From contig JAQTSY010000004.1 in assembly GCA_028711065.1 (NCBI GenBank), forward strand, positions 34,522-98,521: DNA of 64,000 bases, read 5' to 3'. This document shows, in pieces, positions 26,620 to 36,146 of this stretch (positions are counted from its first letter, which is position 1; every line of letters begins with the position of its first letter). Both the position numbers and the translations under genes were made by a program. Under the pieces are notes generated by a model. The model was not told the origin of the DNA. It was given only the letters and a program-made list of their open reading frames with translations, and did no database searches. This DNA comes from Minisyncoccota bacterium (lineage in GTDB: Bacteria > Patescibacteriota > Minisyncoccia > Phycocordibacterales > JAQTLZ01).

Positions 26620-27372
26620 CTATGATGCAACTAGTATCCCCGGGCCGATTTGAACGGCCGACCTCTTCCTTCGCAGGGAAGCGCTCTGATCCGCTGAGCT
26701 ACGGGGACATAAAATTCTGTGCATTTGATCACATATCTCCATAATTTCCTTTCTGATATTACTATCAGAGTAGTAGATAAAGCAAACGCCCATAAAATTC
26801 TTTCTAAATTTTTTTCTTTTACTTCTCTTCTTCCAGTATGTCTTCCAGAATTGAGATTCTGGGATTTCTAAAGTTTTTGACCAGAATTTTTTACACTCTC
26901 TCTCATTGTGATAATAGTGCAAATAAATCCCAAGCCTGAATTTTTTATTGTCTATTGGGAATGATTTTCGAAGAAGTTCGATAAAGAATTGCGCTAATTT
27001 CGGGTCTGAATTTGCGAATTTGAGCCCCGTAACTTTTGAATGTTTTGAACCTTCAGCCCAATACAGAGAAGCGAGAACAGATTTTTGTAAACCTATATTC
27101 CCTAGAGGATATTTTTTTATTTCCCTTTTTACTTTGAGCTTAATAAAGTCATTATTTTTTCTAATTCTTTCTTGAATTGCTGCCAGTGCCTTTGGTCTGG
27201 ATTTTGCAAGATGTTTAAGTCTGGCTTCGGTGTTGTAAATATGCTCGTATTTTTCACTAAACCAGTATGACAGGGTTGACTTAGGCACACCGAATTTCTC
27301 AGTCAGTTTTGAATACGGAACACCTCTTGCTCTCAATTGCTCGGCCTTCTTTTTAGTATCGGCGCTGTACAT
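26620..27372 (-). CDS. HTH plus LAGLIDADG-like endonuclease-fold protein
   Basis: N-terminal HTH (LRARGVPYSKLTEKFGVPKSTLSYW), LASLYWAEG (LAGLIDADG-like helix), and FANSDPKL..FF. Confidence 0.7.
   Translation of the reverse strand: MYSADTKKKAEQLRARGVPYSKLTEKFGVPKSTLSYWFSEKYEHIYNTEARLKHLAKSRPKALAAIQERIRKNNDFIKLKVKREIKKYPLGNIGLQKSVLASLYWAEGSKHSKVTGLKFANSDPKLAQFFIELLRKSFPIDNKKFRLGIYLHYYHNERECKKFWSKTLEIPESQFWKTYWKKRSKRKKFRKNFMGVCFIYYSDSNIRKEIMEICDQMHRILCPRSSADQSASLRRKRSAVQIGPGILVAS
26635..26708 (-). tRNA. tRNA-Arg(GCG)
   Basis: GTCCCCGTAGCTCAGCGGATCAGAGCG CTTCC CT-GCG-AA GGAAG ... GTTCAAATCGGCCCGGGGATA. Confidence 0.92.
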
Positions 27373-27454
27373 GGACTTTGTTTATTATTCACTACAGTAT
27401 AACATCTATGTTCAATTTTTACTCATAAAGTTTTCCACAGTTTGGTGGATACGA

Positions 27455-27919
27455 CTAAAATCCCAAGTATTCCATTATTTTTTGAGAAAGGGGTTCCTCG
27501 TGGTCGGCTTCGATGAGATAATACCCGAGATATTTTCTGACAGTCTCTTCATGTATAGTATCGAGGGGAATAATAATGAATGACATCATTTTTTTCTTTG
27601 ATTTGACGATGAGCTTTGGCATCTCCGGCGCATAGCGGTCAATTCCGAAAGATTCGAGCGTTGAGTATGGATACATTGTGTTTCCGATAATAATTCCTCT
27701 TTCATTTATTTCATAACGAAGCAACTGCGGTGCTCTTCCTGCGAAAACAGAGAGGGCGAATGTTCCCACAACCAGTACTCCCGCGAGAAGAATATTTCCG
27801 TAGATTATTGAGATTGCCCCTAGCGAAATCACCACGATCCAAACTGTCCAATACCAATCAGCAGTTTTCTGTCGGTAAGAGTACTCATAGGTTTGCCAAA
27901 TGAGAGGTTTTTGCGTCAT
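27455..27919 (-). CDS. conserved hypothetical membrane protein (two TM plus PH-like domain)
   Basis: W.TYEY..K..DWYW, two TMs, YEINERGI. Confidence 0.75.
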   Translation of the reverse strand: MTQKPLIWQTYEYSYRQKTADWYWTVWIVVISLGAISIIYGNILLAGVLVVGTFALSVFAGRAPQLLRYEINERGIIIGNTMYPYSTLESFGIDRYAPEMPKLIVKSKKKMMSFIIIPLDTIHEETVRKYLGYYLIEADHEEPLSQKIMEYLGF

Positions 27920-28171
27920 CGTTATAGTATAACAAATATGTTCGCGAAAGTTGTGTTTGCAATTTGTGATTTGAGGGTAGAATAGGAAAATCGTGTAATA
28001 GAGAATAGGATATTGAGAAAATCTTTACTTAAGGAAGGGCATAAAATGCAAAAAACCGGCGTTGCCGGCTCTTTGCGTGCGACTTAGTGTCCGATCATAA
28101 GAGTTTCGGTTTGCACTGATAAGTCGACCAAAGTTAGTATATCATTTAGAATGAATTTTGTATTTCAGACC

Positions 28172-29368
28172 ATGACAACGAGCCCCTCATCACAACAGAA
28201 TAGATGCCTTTACTGCGGAAATAATCAGACAAATCACCCGATGGACAAGCTCACGGGGCTTTTCAACGGGATGACTGCCTCTTTCAATGAATATGTCCTG
28301 TATTCATACCCCGGAAGAAAGCTCATGCACGTAATTGAAAAGGGCCTTGTTCTTTTGTCCTGGATTTGGTTTCCGCTTCATATTGCTAAGTGGAGCGATG
28401 ACATTTCGAAAACAAAAATTGCTCGCGGGAAAGTACTTTGGGAAGAGGCAGAGAAGCGGGGCATAGCAATGGAACAGCTTATGGTTTTTGGACGCGCCAC
28501 GGATATCTATCGTGTTTATCTTGGCGACAAGTGGCGGCATTTCACAAGTCTTCCTCGTCCGGATTCAATCGAAGTTCCTGCTGCTGCGTGGATAGATGAC
28601 AAGGCGGTGCTCAAAAAGAAACTTTCTAGCGCTGGTGTGCAGGTTTCAAAAGGTGGAGGATTTTTCTTTTTCTGGAGCGCTCGGCGGATGTTTCGAAAAT
28701 TAGAAAAGCCGGTTGTGGTGAAGCCGAGGTTTGGTTCGCGCGGAAGGCATACGACCACATTTGTTTCGACAGAAGAAGAATTTAGGAGAGCATTTAAAGT
28801 CACGAAAACACTTTGTCCATTTGTAATAGTCGAAGAGCATCTTGTGGGGCCGGTTTTTCGCGCGACTGCTATTGATGGAGAAGTCCGAGGGCTTCTTGCC
28901 GGAGAGCCTCCGCGGATTATTGGAGATGGAGTCCATAGCATTCTTGAACTTATCCGGGAAAAAGATGCCCGAAAGACCGGCGAAGTAAAAGATGTGCCGG
29001 TTCATGCTCTTTTAGACGGTTATTTGAAGAGACGTGGGTTTTCTAGGGACAGCGTTTTGCCAAAAGGGAAAGAGATTGATCTGACGGAAAAGATCGGCGT
29101 TTCGTATGGCGGGAAAAGCATTGAGGTGATGGATATCGCTCATCCAAAATTTATTCCGGCCTTAAATAAAGTTGCGCGATTTATCAATGATCCGATCCTT
29201 GGTTTTGATTTTATTGCCGAAGATATTACAAAAGATCCCGACACGCAGAAGTGGGGAATTATCGAATGCAATGCGGTGCCATTCATTAATCTTCATCATG
29301 ATCCGCTCGAAGGGAAGCCTTCGAATGTCGCTTCAGCGGTTTGGGATATGTATTTAAAGAGGATGTAA
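28172..29368 (+). CDS. ATP-grasp protein, cyanophycin synthetase / GshAB C-terminal-like
   Basis: DDK, PVVVKP..GSRG, IVEE, P.IIGDG.HSI.ELI, GFDFI and IIECN. Confidence 0.8.
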   Translation: MTTSPSSQQNRCLYCGNNQTNHPMDKLTGLFNGMTASFNEYVLYSYPGRKLMHVIEKGLVLLSWIWFPLHIAKWSDDISKTKIARGKVLWEEAEKRGIAMEQLMVFGRATDIYRVYLGDKWRHFTSLPRPDSIEVPAAAWIDDKAVLKKKLSSAGVQVSKGGGFFFFWSARRMFRKLEKPVVVKPRFGSRGRHTTTFVSTEEEFRRAFKVTKTLCPFVIVEEHLVGPVFRATAIDGEVRGLLAGEPPRIIGDGVHSILELIREKDARKTGEVKDVPVHALLDGYLKRRGFSRDSVLPKGKEIDLTEKIGVSYGGKSIEVMDIAHPKFIPALNKVARFINDPILGFDFIAEDITKDPDTQKWGIIECNAVPFINLHHDPLEGKPSNVASAVWDMYLKRM

Positions 29369-29371
29369 AAG

Positions 29372-29403
29372 AAAAGGCCCGAGCGCTTTGCGCTCGGGCC
29401 TTT
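29372..29403. terminator. bidirectional terminator
   Basis: AAAAGGCCCGAGCGC-TTT-GCGCTCGGGCCTTT. Confidence 0.8.
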
Positions 29404-29408
29404 CAGTC

Positions 29409-29639
29409 TTAATAGTTGTGTCTCTCTATGTCCGTAAGCATCCGGTCAATTTTCTGATACACATCTTTGAGATAGCGGTGAATTCCTCGGAGATTGCTTT
29501 GCGCCTCTCCCTCGTCTTGCGCCCCGTCAGTGTAATAGTAATTAATGACATCGCGATCCATCTCATCGCGAATGACCCGAAGCTGATCAATCACTTGATT
29601 TTGATATTTTCTCGACTCGTCTAGATTAAAGTCTGCCAT
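29409..29639 (-). CDS. small helical hypothetical protein
   Basis: ATG at 29639 (MADFNLDESRKYQ...), preceded by TGcTATACT. Confidence 0.6.
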   Translation of the reverse strand: MADFNLDESRKYQNQVIDQLRVIRDEMDRDVINYYYTDGAQDEGEAQSNLRGIHRYLKDVYQKIDRMLTDIERHNY

Positions 29640-30202
29640 AAATGAAGTATAGCACTTTTTGTGTGCTCGATTATATTTGGCGTATCCACATACATTGAAA
29701 GCCAAAAACCAAAAGCTAAAGGCAAAAATCCATAGAGAAACCACAAAAACCTTCGATTATTTGCCCATTTCATGGGGTATACGAAGAGAAGTGATGCGTA
29801 GCGAAATACAAAACCGAGAGTTATGAAGTCTTTAAATCGCAGAGCTCTTTTTGAAGCATCAATAATGTTGTCCGTATCCTGATCGCTTGGGAACGCATGT
29901 ATTCCCGCTGAAAAAGAGATCCAAATGAGAAACAATTTCCAATACAAATCGATGTTTCCGTAAAAAGCGAGAAAGCTCGACAGGATTGCGATAAAAGTAT
30001 TTCCAATGAGTGGTCCGACAGAGATCCAAAACACCTGGCGGTATTTTGATGGCTCAGCATGGATAACTTGGCCAACAGGATTTCCAAAACGGAAGTACGA
30101 AACTTTAAAAACGTAGACTCCATGCCAATCGCAAAATTTCTTGTGAGAATATTCGTGGAACACAACGCCCGGGAAGGTGAGGAGAGAGATGAACCATGCC
30201 AT
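29621..30202 (-). CDS. membrane zinc metalloprotease-like protein (HExxH)
   Basis: FPGVVFHEYSH, G.V.H, ISVGP and FPS..D. Confidence 0.75.
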   Translation of the reverse strand: MAWFISLLTFPGVVFHEYSHKKFCDWHGVYVFKVSYFRFGNPVGQVIHAEPSKYRQVFWISVGPLIGNTFIAILSSFLAFYGNIDLYWKLFLIWISFSAGIHAFPSDQDTDNIIDASKRALRFKDFITLGFVFRYASLLFVYPMKWANNRRFLWFLYGFLPLAFGFWLSMYVDTPNIIEHTKSAILHLWQTLI

Positions 30203-30230
30203 CTCATAATTGTAGCACTTTTAAACTATT

Positions 30231-31994
30231 TCATTCCTGCAAAAATCCGCCTGTCTGATGATTCCATAATTCCGCGTAGACTTTGTTGTCTGCGACAAGC
30301 TCGCTATGGGTTCCCATACCCACAATTTCGCCATCCTCAAGAACAATAATTCTGTCCATTTTCTGAACAGTACTCAATCTGTGAGCGATGACGATGACCG
30401 TTTTGTTTTTCATAAGTTCCGCGAATGCTTCTTGTATATATGATTCGCTTACGCTGTCGAGCGAGCTTGTGGCCTCATCGAGAACGAGGATTGGCGTATT
30501 CTTAAGCATTGCTCTCGCAATCGCTACGCGTTGGCGTTCTCCGCCGGAAAGCTTTACTCCTCTTTCGCCGACCAGGGTATCGTATCCTTTAGGAAGCTTT
30601 GTGATGAACTCGTGAGCGTGAGCTTTTCTCGCTACATTTTGTATTTCCTCATCACTCGCTTCCGGTTTTCCGTAAGCTATATTTTCCCGGATAGTTCGAT
30701 GAAAGAGGATTGAATCTTGCGGTACGTAAGAGATGACAGAGCGCAGATCATTCTGGGTGATTTCTTTTATATCTTGCCCGTCAATCTTCACAGCTCCTTT
30801 TGTCACATCGATAAATCGGAGGAGTAGTTTCGTGATGGTTGATTTTCCCGCTCCGGAATGTCCGACGACGCCGATTCTCTCTCCAGAGCGGATTGCGAGG
30901 GTAAAATGTTCTAGCACATTGATCCCACCTTTATAGATAAAAGAGACATCGTCGAAGTGAATTTCGCCCTTCCCAATTTTCACTGGTTCTGGTTTTTTAG
31001 AATCCATAACATCTATCTCCAAATCAAAAATATCCACTATTTCTTTCATATCCGTAGTGGCTTTTATCGCTTTGGTAAGAGATTTTCCCAAGCTCCAGAG
31101 TATATCGAAGAGATTGAACATATAAAAAACCAAAAGGGCGAAAGTGCCGACAGACAATAATCCCTCATACCACAAATGGATGCTTACGTATATGACAGTA
31201 AACTGAAGTATTGCCATGAGAAAAGCCTGCAGTGCGTTCTGGAAATTTCCCATATACCACGCGTGCCTGCGTCTTTTCTCCTCGTCCGACGTGACGTCTT
31301 TGAACGCTTCGCTCTCCTCTTTATCTCTCGCGAATATTTTTATCGTAAGCACATTTAAAATTGCATCTGAAAGCCGAGCAGTGACGCGCGAATCGGCGGC
31401 CGCTTCTTCTAAGTCGAACGCCATCTTTCTTTTGATGAAGAGGACGGTGATAGTGATATAGAGAAGTGCCCATGCCAAAAATATCCAAGCGAGGAGAGGC
31501 GCCTTTATGAAAAGGATTACAATAATGCCCGATACAGTGACGAGAGAAAAGAATATCTGATAAGAAATGATGTCCGCCAAAGTTTCGAATGATCTGGTAA
31601 AACGTTTTGTTTTGGCGACGATGCTTCCCGAGAAATTATTTGAGAAGAAATAATATGAATGTTTGAGAAGTCTGTCGAAGGTGGAATCATAGAGATCCTT
31701 CATCACTTTGCTTTGAAAATACGAGCTCGCGTAATCACCAACACGAAAGCCCACATTGTGGAGGATGATAGTAATTACCAAAAGTCCCGCAATCGCCATA
31801 AGTGCGGAGAGGATAACATCGGGTGTGGCGCCGGAAGAGACGCTGTCTATGATTTCCTTGTAGAGATAGGGTTTTACGATACTGTCGAAAATAATTCCGA
31901 AAGCGTAGCTGAAAAAAATCAAAAAGAAAGAAACCTTATATTTTTTAATATGAGGCTTGATGTAGAATAAAATTCTAGATAGATACGATTTCAT
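30231..31994 (-). CDS. ABC transporter, fused permease/ATPase
   Basis: Six-TM domain, GHSGAGKST, LSGGERQR and LDEATS. ATG at 31994. Confidence 0.95.
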   Translation of the reverse strand: MKSYLSRILFYIKPHIKKYKVSFFLIFFSYAFGIIFDSIVKPYLYKEIIDSVSSGATPDVILSALMAIAGLLVITIILHNVGFRVGDYASSYFQSKVMKDLYDSTFDRLLKHSYYFFSNNFSGSIVAKTKRFTRSFETLADIISYQIFFSLVTVSGIIVILFIKAPLLAWIFLAWALLYITITVLFIKRKMAFDLEEAAADSRVTARLSDAILNVLTIKIFARDKEESEAFKDVTSDEEKRRRHAWYMGNFQNALQAFLMAILQFTVIYVSIHLWYEGLLSVGTFALLVFYMFNLFDILWSLGKSLTKAIKATTDMKEIVDIFDLEIDVMDSKKPEPVKIGKGEIHFDDVSFIYKGGINVLEHFTLAIRSGERIGVVGHSGAGKSTITKLLLRFIDVTKGAVKIDGQDIKEITQNDLRSVISYVPQDSILFHRTIRENIAYGKPEASDEEIQNVARKAHAHEFITKLPKGYDTLVGERGVKLSGGERQRVAIARAMLKNTPILVLDEATSSLDSVSESYIQEAFAELMKNKTVIVIAHRLSTVQKMDRIIVLEDGEIVGMGTHSELVADNKVYAELWNHQTGGFLQE

Positions 31995-31996
31995 TG

Positions 31997-32083
31997 CGGA
32001 GGAGGTGAGATTCGAACTCACGACCCAGTTGCCCAGGTGACGGTTTTCAAGACCGTTGCTTTAGACCGCTCAGCCACTCCTCC
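31997..32083 (-). tRNA. tRNA-Ser(TGA)
   Basis: GGAGGAGTGGCTGAGCGGTCTAAAGC ACGGT CT-TGA-AA ACCGT, long variable arm, GTTCGAATC. Confidence 0.95.
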
Positions 32084-32174
32084 AATAGAGAGGGATAATA
32101 TCAGAAAAGTTGATTTTCGGATACCTCTTGCGATTCTCACTCGCAAGACCTACAATCAATCCAATATTTGCAAA

Positions 32175-33110
32175 ATGAAAGAAAAGAAACCAATTCTCGT
32201 AACCTCATACGTCAACCCTGATCTTGATGGGCTCTCTTGTCTTTTTGCTTACACTGAATTTTTGAAAAGCCAGGGGAAAAATGTCATTGCGGGGATCATT
32301 GGGATACCTCACGAAGAAGCAAGGTATGTTCTTGAGCGTTTCGAGATCTCTTCTCCGAAAGCATTTAAAAATGCGAAAAAATTTGACGAAATCATCCTTC
32401 TTGATGCAAGTGTGGCGAATAATCTTGAGGATACAATTCGTCCAGAACAAGTGATAGAGATCATCGATCATAGGCAGGTTCACGAAGCAGGTAAATTTCC
32501 CAACGCAAAAGCTCAAATAGAACTTGTGGGAGCAGCGGCAACGTTAGTTGCGGAAAAATTTATGAAGGAAAACATCGTTCCTTCAAAAGAATCCACCCTT
32601 CTTCTCTCTTCAGCGATTATTTCTAACACTTTCAATTTTAAAGCTGGAGTTACAACAGATCGGGATAGGGAAGCGGCAAAGTGGCTGCATAAAATTGCAA
32701 AATTGCCCGAGGGTTTCTGGAAAGAACTTTTTATGGCAAAATCAGATATGACAGGAACAAAATTGTGGGAAAAGATTGAGGGAGATTTTTCATGGAATTT
32801 GCTTGGAGGAAAAAAAGTTGGAACCGCGCAAATAGAAATGATTGGAGCTAAAGCTTTAATCCACGAGCGTCTTTCAGAGATTCTTGATTATCTCCATAGA
32901 TTAAAGAAAGAGTTGGTTCTTGATTTTATCTTCTTGAATGCTGTGGATCTTGAGGTGGGTGAAGTGTTTTTAATTACTGATGAACAGGACACTCGAGACC
33001 TTTTAGAAAAAATCCTCGGTATTCATTTTGTCGGTAATATTGCGAGAAAGGGAGAATTTATTATGCGCAAGCAAATCAAACCTCTTATTAAACAAGCTTT
33101 AGAAAAATAA
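32175..33110 (+). CDS. ppaC: Mn-dependent inorganic pyrophosphatase (DHH family)
   Basis: NPDLD, IIDH, VGA.ATL, AIISNT and C-terminal RKQI.P. Confidence 0.8.
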   Translation: MKEKKPILVTSYVNPDLDGLSCLFAYTEFLKSQGKNVIAGIIGIPHEEARYVLERFEISSPKAFKNAKKFDEIILLDASVANNLEDTIRPEQVIEIIDHRQVHEAGKFPNAKAQIELVGAAATLVAEKFMKENIVPSKESTLLLSSAIISNTFNFKAGVTTDRDREAAKWLHKIAKLPEGFWKELFMAKSDMTGTKLWEKIEGDFSWNLLGGKKVGTAQIEMIGAKALIHERLSEILDYLHRLKKELVLDFIFLNAVDLEVGEVFLITDEQDTRDLLEKILGIHFVGNIARKGEFIMRKQIKPLIKQALEK

Positions 33111-33111
33111 T

Positions 33112-33690
33112 ATGTTTACCGGAATCATCACACATCTTGGGAAATTCGAGCGAAATGAGAAAGAGAAATTTTTCTTCTCTGCCTCGGCATCTTTTCTTGA
33201 TATGCTGCATCCAAGCGACAGTGTGTCGGTAAACGGCGCGTGCCTGACTGTAGTGAAAAAAACAAAGGGAGAATTTTTCGTGAATCTTATGCCTGAAACG
33301 GTAAAGAGGACGATGCTCGGGACTTTGCTCCCGAAGACTGTCGTAAATTTGGAATTGCCCGCAACTCCGCGTTCTTTTCTTGCTGGACACATCGTTCAGG
33401 GGCACATTGATGGAGTGGGAGCTCTCTCGAAAATGGAAAAGAAAGGAAATAGCAAGATTTTGGAAATAGTCGTCGAGAAGAAACTGCTGCGCTATATTGT
33501 GAATCAGGGTTCTGTCGCAGTGAATGGGATCTCGCTTACGGTTATCGAAGCAAAGCAAAAAAGTTTTACCGTCGGTATTATTCCTTATACGTGGCAGCAT
33601 ACGATGCTTCAGGGAATAAAAGTGGGGGACAAGGTGAATACAGAAGTCGATATTCTTGCAAAATATGCTGAAAAAATCTCAAAGTACTAA
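33112..33690 (+). CDS. ribE: riboflavin synthase (alpha)
   Basis: MFTGII, SVSVNGACLTV, GHIVQGHID and VN.EVD. Confidence 0.95.
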   Translation: MFTGIITHLGKFERNEKEKFFFSASASFLDMLHPSDSVSVNGACLTVVKKTKGEFFVNLMPETVKRTMLGTLLPKTVVNLELPATPRSFLAGHIVQGHIDGVGALSKMEKKGNSKILEIVVEKKLLRYIVNQGSVAVNGISLTVIEAKQKSFTVGIIPYTWQHTMLQGIKVGDKVNTEVDILAKYAEKISKY

Positions 33691-34150
33691 AAACATCTCG
33701 CGCGTGTCTACGGGTAAAATAAAAATCGGCATTGTCCGAAGTGTTTTTAATACTGAAATGACCGAGAGTCTCGAGAAAGCTTGCCGAAAGACTTTACTGA
33801 AAGCGGGAGTACTGGAGAAAAATATTGTGACCGCAACTGTGCCAGGAGCGCTTGAGATTCCAATTACCGCGCAAGCTCTCGCAAAGACGAAAAAATACGA
33901 TTGTCTCATTGCTTTTGGAGTGGTGCTGAAAGGTGAGACGTATCATTTCGAGCTAGTCGCGAATGAATCAGCTAGAGGGTGCGCGCAAGTTGCACTGGAG
34001 TATCATATTCCGATAATCATGGAAATTCTCTCTGTCTATACAATAAAGCAGGCAAAAGCCCGGACGGGGAATGACGGCTATAATAAAGGAATTGAAGCGG
34101 CAAATGCCACGCTTCATATTATAGAGACCTTAGCTAGTATAAAGAAATAA
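33665..34150 (+). CDS. ribH: 6,7-dimethyl-8-ribityllumazine synthase
   Basis: VPGALEIP, GET.HFE and NKG.EAA. Confidence 0.95.
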   Translation: MLKKSQSTKNISRVSTGKIKIGIVRSVFNTEMTESLEKACRKTLLKAGVLEKNIVTATVPGALEIPITAQALAKTKKYDCLIAFGVVLKGETYHFELVANESARGCAQVALEYHIPIIMEILSVYTIKQAKARTGNDGYNKGIEAANATLHIIETLASIKK

Positions 34151-34591
34151 ATGACCAAATTTCTCGGAATTGATTATGGTTCAAAAAGAATTGGCATTGC
34201 GACTTCGGATGAAGGCGGCAAAATCGCTTTTCCGAAAGCGATTTTGCCGCGAGATGCGAAACTTCTCGATGAAATTCAAAAAATCTGTATGGAAGAAGAA
34301 ATCGGCGAAATCGTGATAGGCGAGTCGGTTGATTACAAAGGACAGCCGAACTCAATCATGAAAGATATTTTAATTTTCAAAACCGCTCTTTTGGGGAAAG
34401 TTTCTCTTCCGGTCCATTTCGAACCGGAATTTATGACTTCCCATGAAGCTTCGAAAAACAAAAACAGAATGCAGAGAATGGGGAATGAAAGGGAAGACGG
34501 CAGAGCAGGACGAAAACCACAAGTGAAAGAATCAGTAGATGCATTTGCGGCGGCGCTCATTTTACAAAACTTTTTAGATAAGAAAAAATAA
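34151..34591 (+). CDS. ruvX: RuvX/YqgF family nuclease
   Basis: LGIDYG.KRIGIA.SD, E..TS and D..AAALILQ. Confidence 0.92.
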   Translation: MTKFLGIDYGSKRIGIATSDEGGKIAFPKAILPRDAKLLDEIQKICMEEEIGEIVIGESVDYKGQPNSIMKDILIFKTALLGKVSLPVHFEPEFMTSHEASKNKNRMQRMGNEREDGRAGRKPQVKESVDAFAAALILQNFLDKKK

Positions 34592-34592
34592 T

Positions 34593-34976
34593 ATGGAAGA
34601 AAAAAAAGAAGAGAAAAAGATCGAACCAAAACCGGTTGCACCGGCAAAAATTTCTTACGATGATTTTGCAAAAGTGGAAATCCGAGCCGGAAAAATCCTT
34701 TCTGCCGAAAAAATTCCTGATACTGACAAACTTTTGAAGCTCATGGTGGATTTCGCCGAAGGCACGCCTCGCCAAATTGTTTCGGGTATTTCAGCATATT
34801 TTCCTAATCCTGCTGTTTTGGTAGGCAAAACCTGCATGTTTGTGACGAATCTCGAACCAAGAACGATTAAGGGTTTCGAAAGTAACGGAATGCTTTTCGC
34901 GGTAAGTACTCCAGAAGGCGTTTTTTCACTTCTTGAACCGAAAGAGGGTATACCTCCGGGTTGCAAGGCCAAATAA
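34593..34976 (+). CDS. stand-alone tRNA-binding OB-fold protein (MetRS C-terminal/CsaA-like)
   Basis: DDFAKVEIR.G.I, RQIVSGI, NL.PR..G.ES.GM. Confidence 0.88.
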   Translation: MEEKKEEKKIEPKPVAPAKISYDDFAKVEIRAGKILSAEKIPDTDKLLKLMVDFAEGTPRQIVSGISAYFPNPAVLVGKTCMFVTNLEPRTIKGFESNGMLFAVSTPEGVFSLLEPKEGIPPGCKAK

Positions 34977-35021
34977 GCATTTTCTCTCCGCCTTTCTCTT
35001 GGTATAATAAAAGGACATTCT

Positions 35022-36146
35022 ATGTCCTTTGCTTCTTCAAAACATCCTCACCCGAGTGCCACGAAATTGTTTCCCGTACCGAAATTTCTTGTCATGCCTT
35101 TTGCTTCCGTCGATATTTCGGAAGGAGCTCTCCGAGCGATGAAATTAGAGAGAACTTCGTATGGCTTTCGTGTGGAAAAATATTTCGAGCAAATGCTACC
35201 TCCGGAAACAATCGTGGCTGGCACTATTGAGAAACCCGGCCCTCTCGCTGAAGCTCTGCGTACTATTCGGCGCGAATTTAAAGTCCAATTCGTAAAAGCT
35301 TCTCTTCCTGATGAGAAAACCTATCTCTTTCGGGCGGAGGTTCCGTATGTTCAAGGAGCTGATCTGAAAGAAAGCATCGAGTTTCTTTTAGAGGAAAATG
35401 TGCCGTTAAGTCCTGCTGATTCTTTATTTGAATACGCTGTCATGCCCGGGACCTTACCGCATGAACGCATTCCCGTCATCGTTTCTGTAGTTCCCAAAGA
35501 CGTCGTCTCATCGTATCTTTCCCTTCTTCATTCTGCTGGTTTGGTTCCTTTATCATTTGAAATAAGAAGCCAGGCGCTTGCCAATTCTCTTTTGCAGAGA
35601 GGTGATATGCGGACAACTCTTTTGGTGCATATTGGCCACTCAAAAACGACTCTTGCTGTTGTGGAAGGAGGGGCAGTTCAATTTTCTTCTGTCATTGCGG
35701 TTGGAGGAACGACACTTACCTCGGCGGTCGCGCGAGCATTTTCTGTGTCCGAACAGGAAGCGCGAGAGATGAAAGAGAAAAAGAGTTTTATAAACACGAC
35801 AAGCAATCAGGAATTTTTTTCTTCTCTTTTGAATTCAGTATCTGTTATTAAGGATGAGATGCGGAAGGTGAGCCTGTACTGGGAAGATCAGGGTAATGAT
35901 TCAAAAGGGTCTCCGCGAAAAATCGAAAGAATTGTTTTGTCCGGAAAAAATTCAGCGGTGTCCGGTCTTCGGGAGCACATTGCTCTTGATATGGGTAAAA
36001 AAGTTGATATCGCCAATATCTGGACGAATGTTGCTTCTCAAGATATCTACATCCCGCCAATTTCATATCTGCAATCTCTCTCCTTCGCGCCTGCAGTCGG
36101 TCTCGCGCTTCCTTGGCCAGTTTCTTCCCAGATGTATCATGCTTGA
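35022..36146 (+). CDS. pilM: type IV pilus assembly protein PilM
   Basis: Actin-like fold motifs (VDIS, G.I..P..L, IG...T, GG..LT, LSG, AVGLAL). Confidence 0.85.
   Translation: MSFASSKHPHPSATKLFPVPKFLVMPFASVDISEGALRAMKLERTSYGFRVEKYFEQMLPPETIVAGTIEKPGPLAEALRTIRREFKVQFVKASLPDEKTYLFRAEVPYVQGADLKESIEFLLEENVPLSPADSLFEYAVMPGTLPHERIPVIVSVVPKDVVSSYLSLLHSAGLVPLSFEIRSQALANSLLQRGDMRTTLLVHIGHSKTTLAVVEGGAVQFSSVIAVGGTTLTSAVARAFSVSEQEAREMKEKKSFINTTSNQEFFSSLLNSVSVIKDEMRKVSLYWEDQGNDSKGSPRKIERIVLSGKNSAVSGLREHIALDMGKKVDIANIWTNVASQDIYIPPISYLQSLSFAPAVGLALPWPVSSQMYHA

Noticed and set aside
27978-28020. Possible heptamer array (GAATAGG..GAATAGG)
   Set aside because: The period alternates between 7 and 8; too weak to call.
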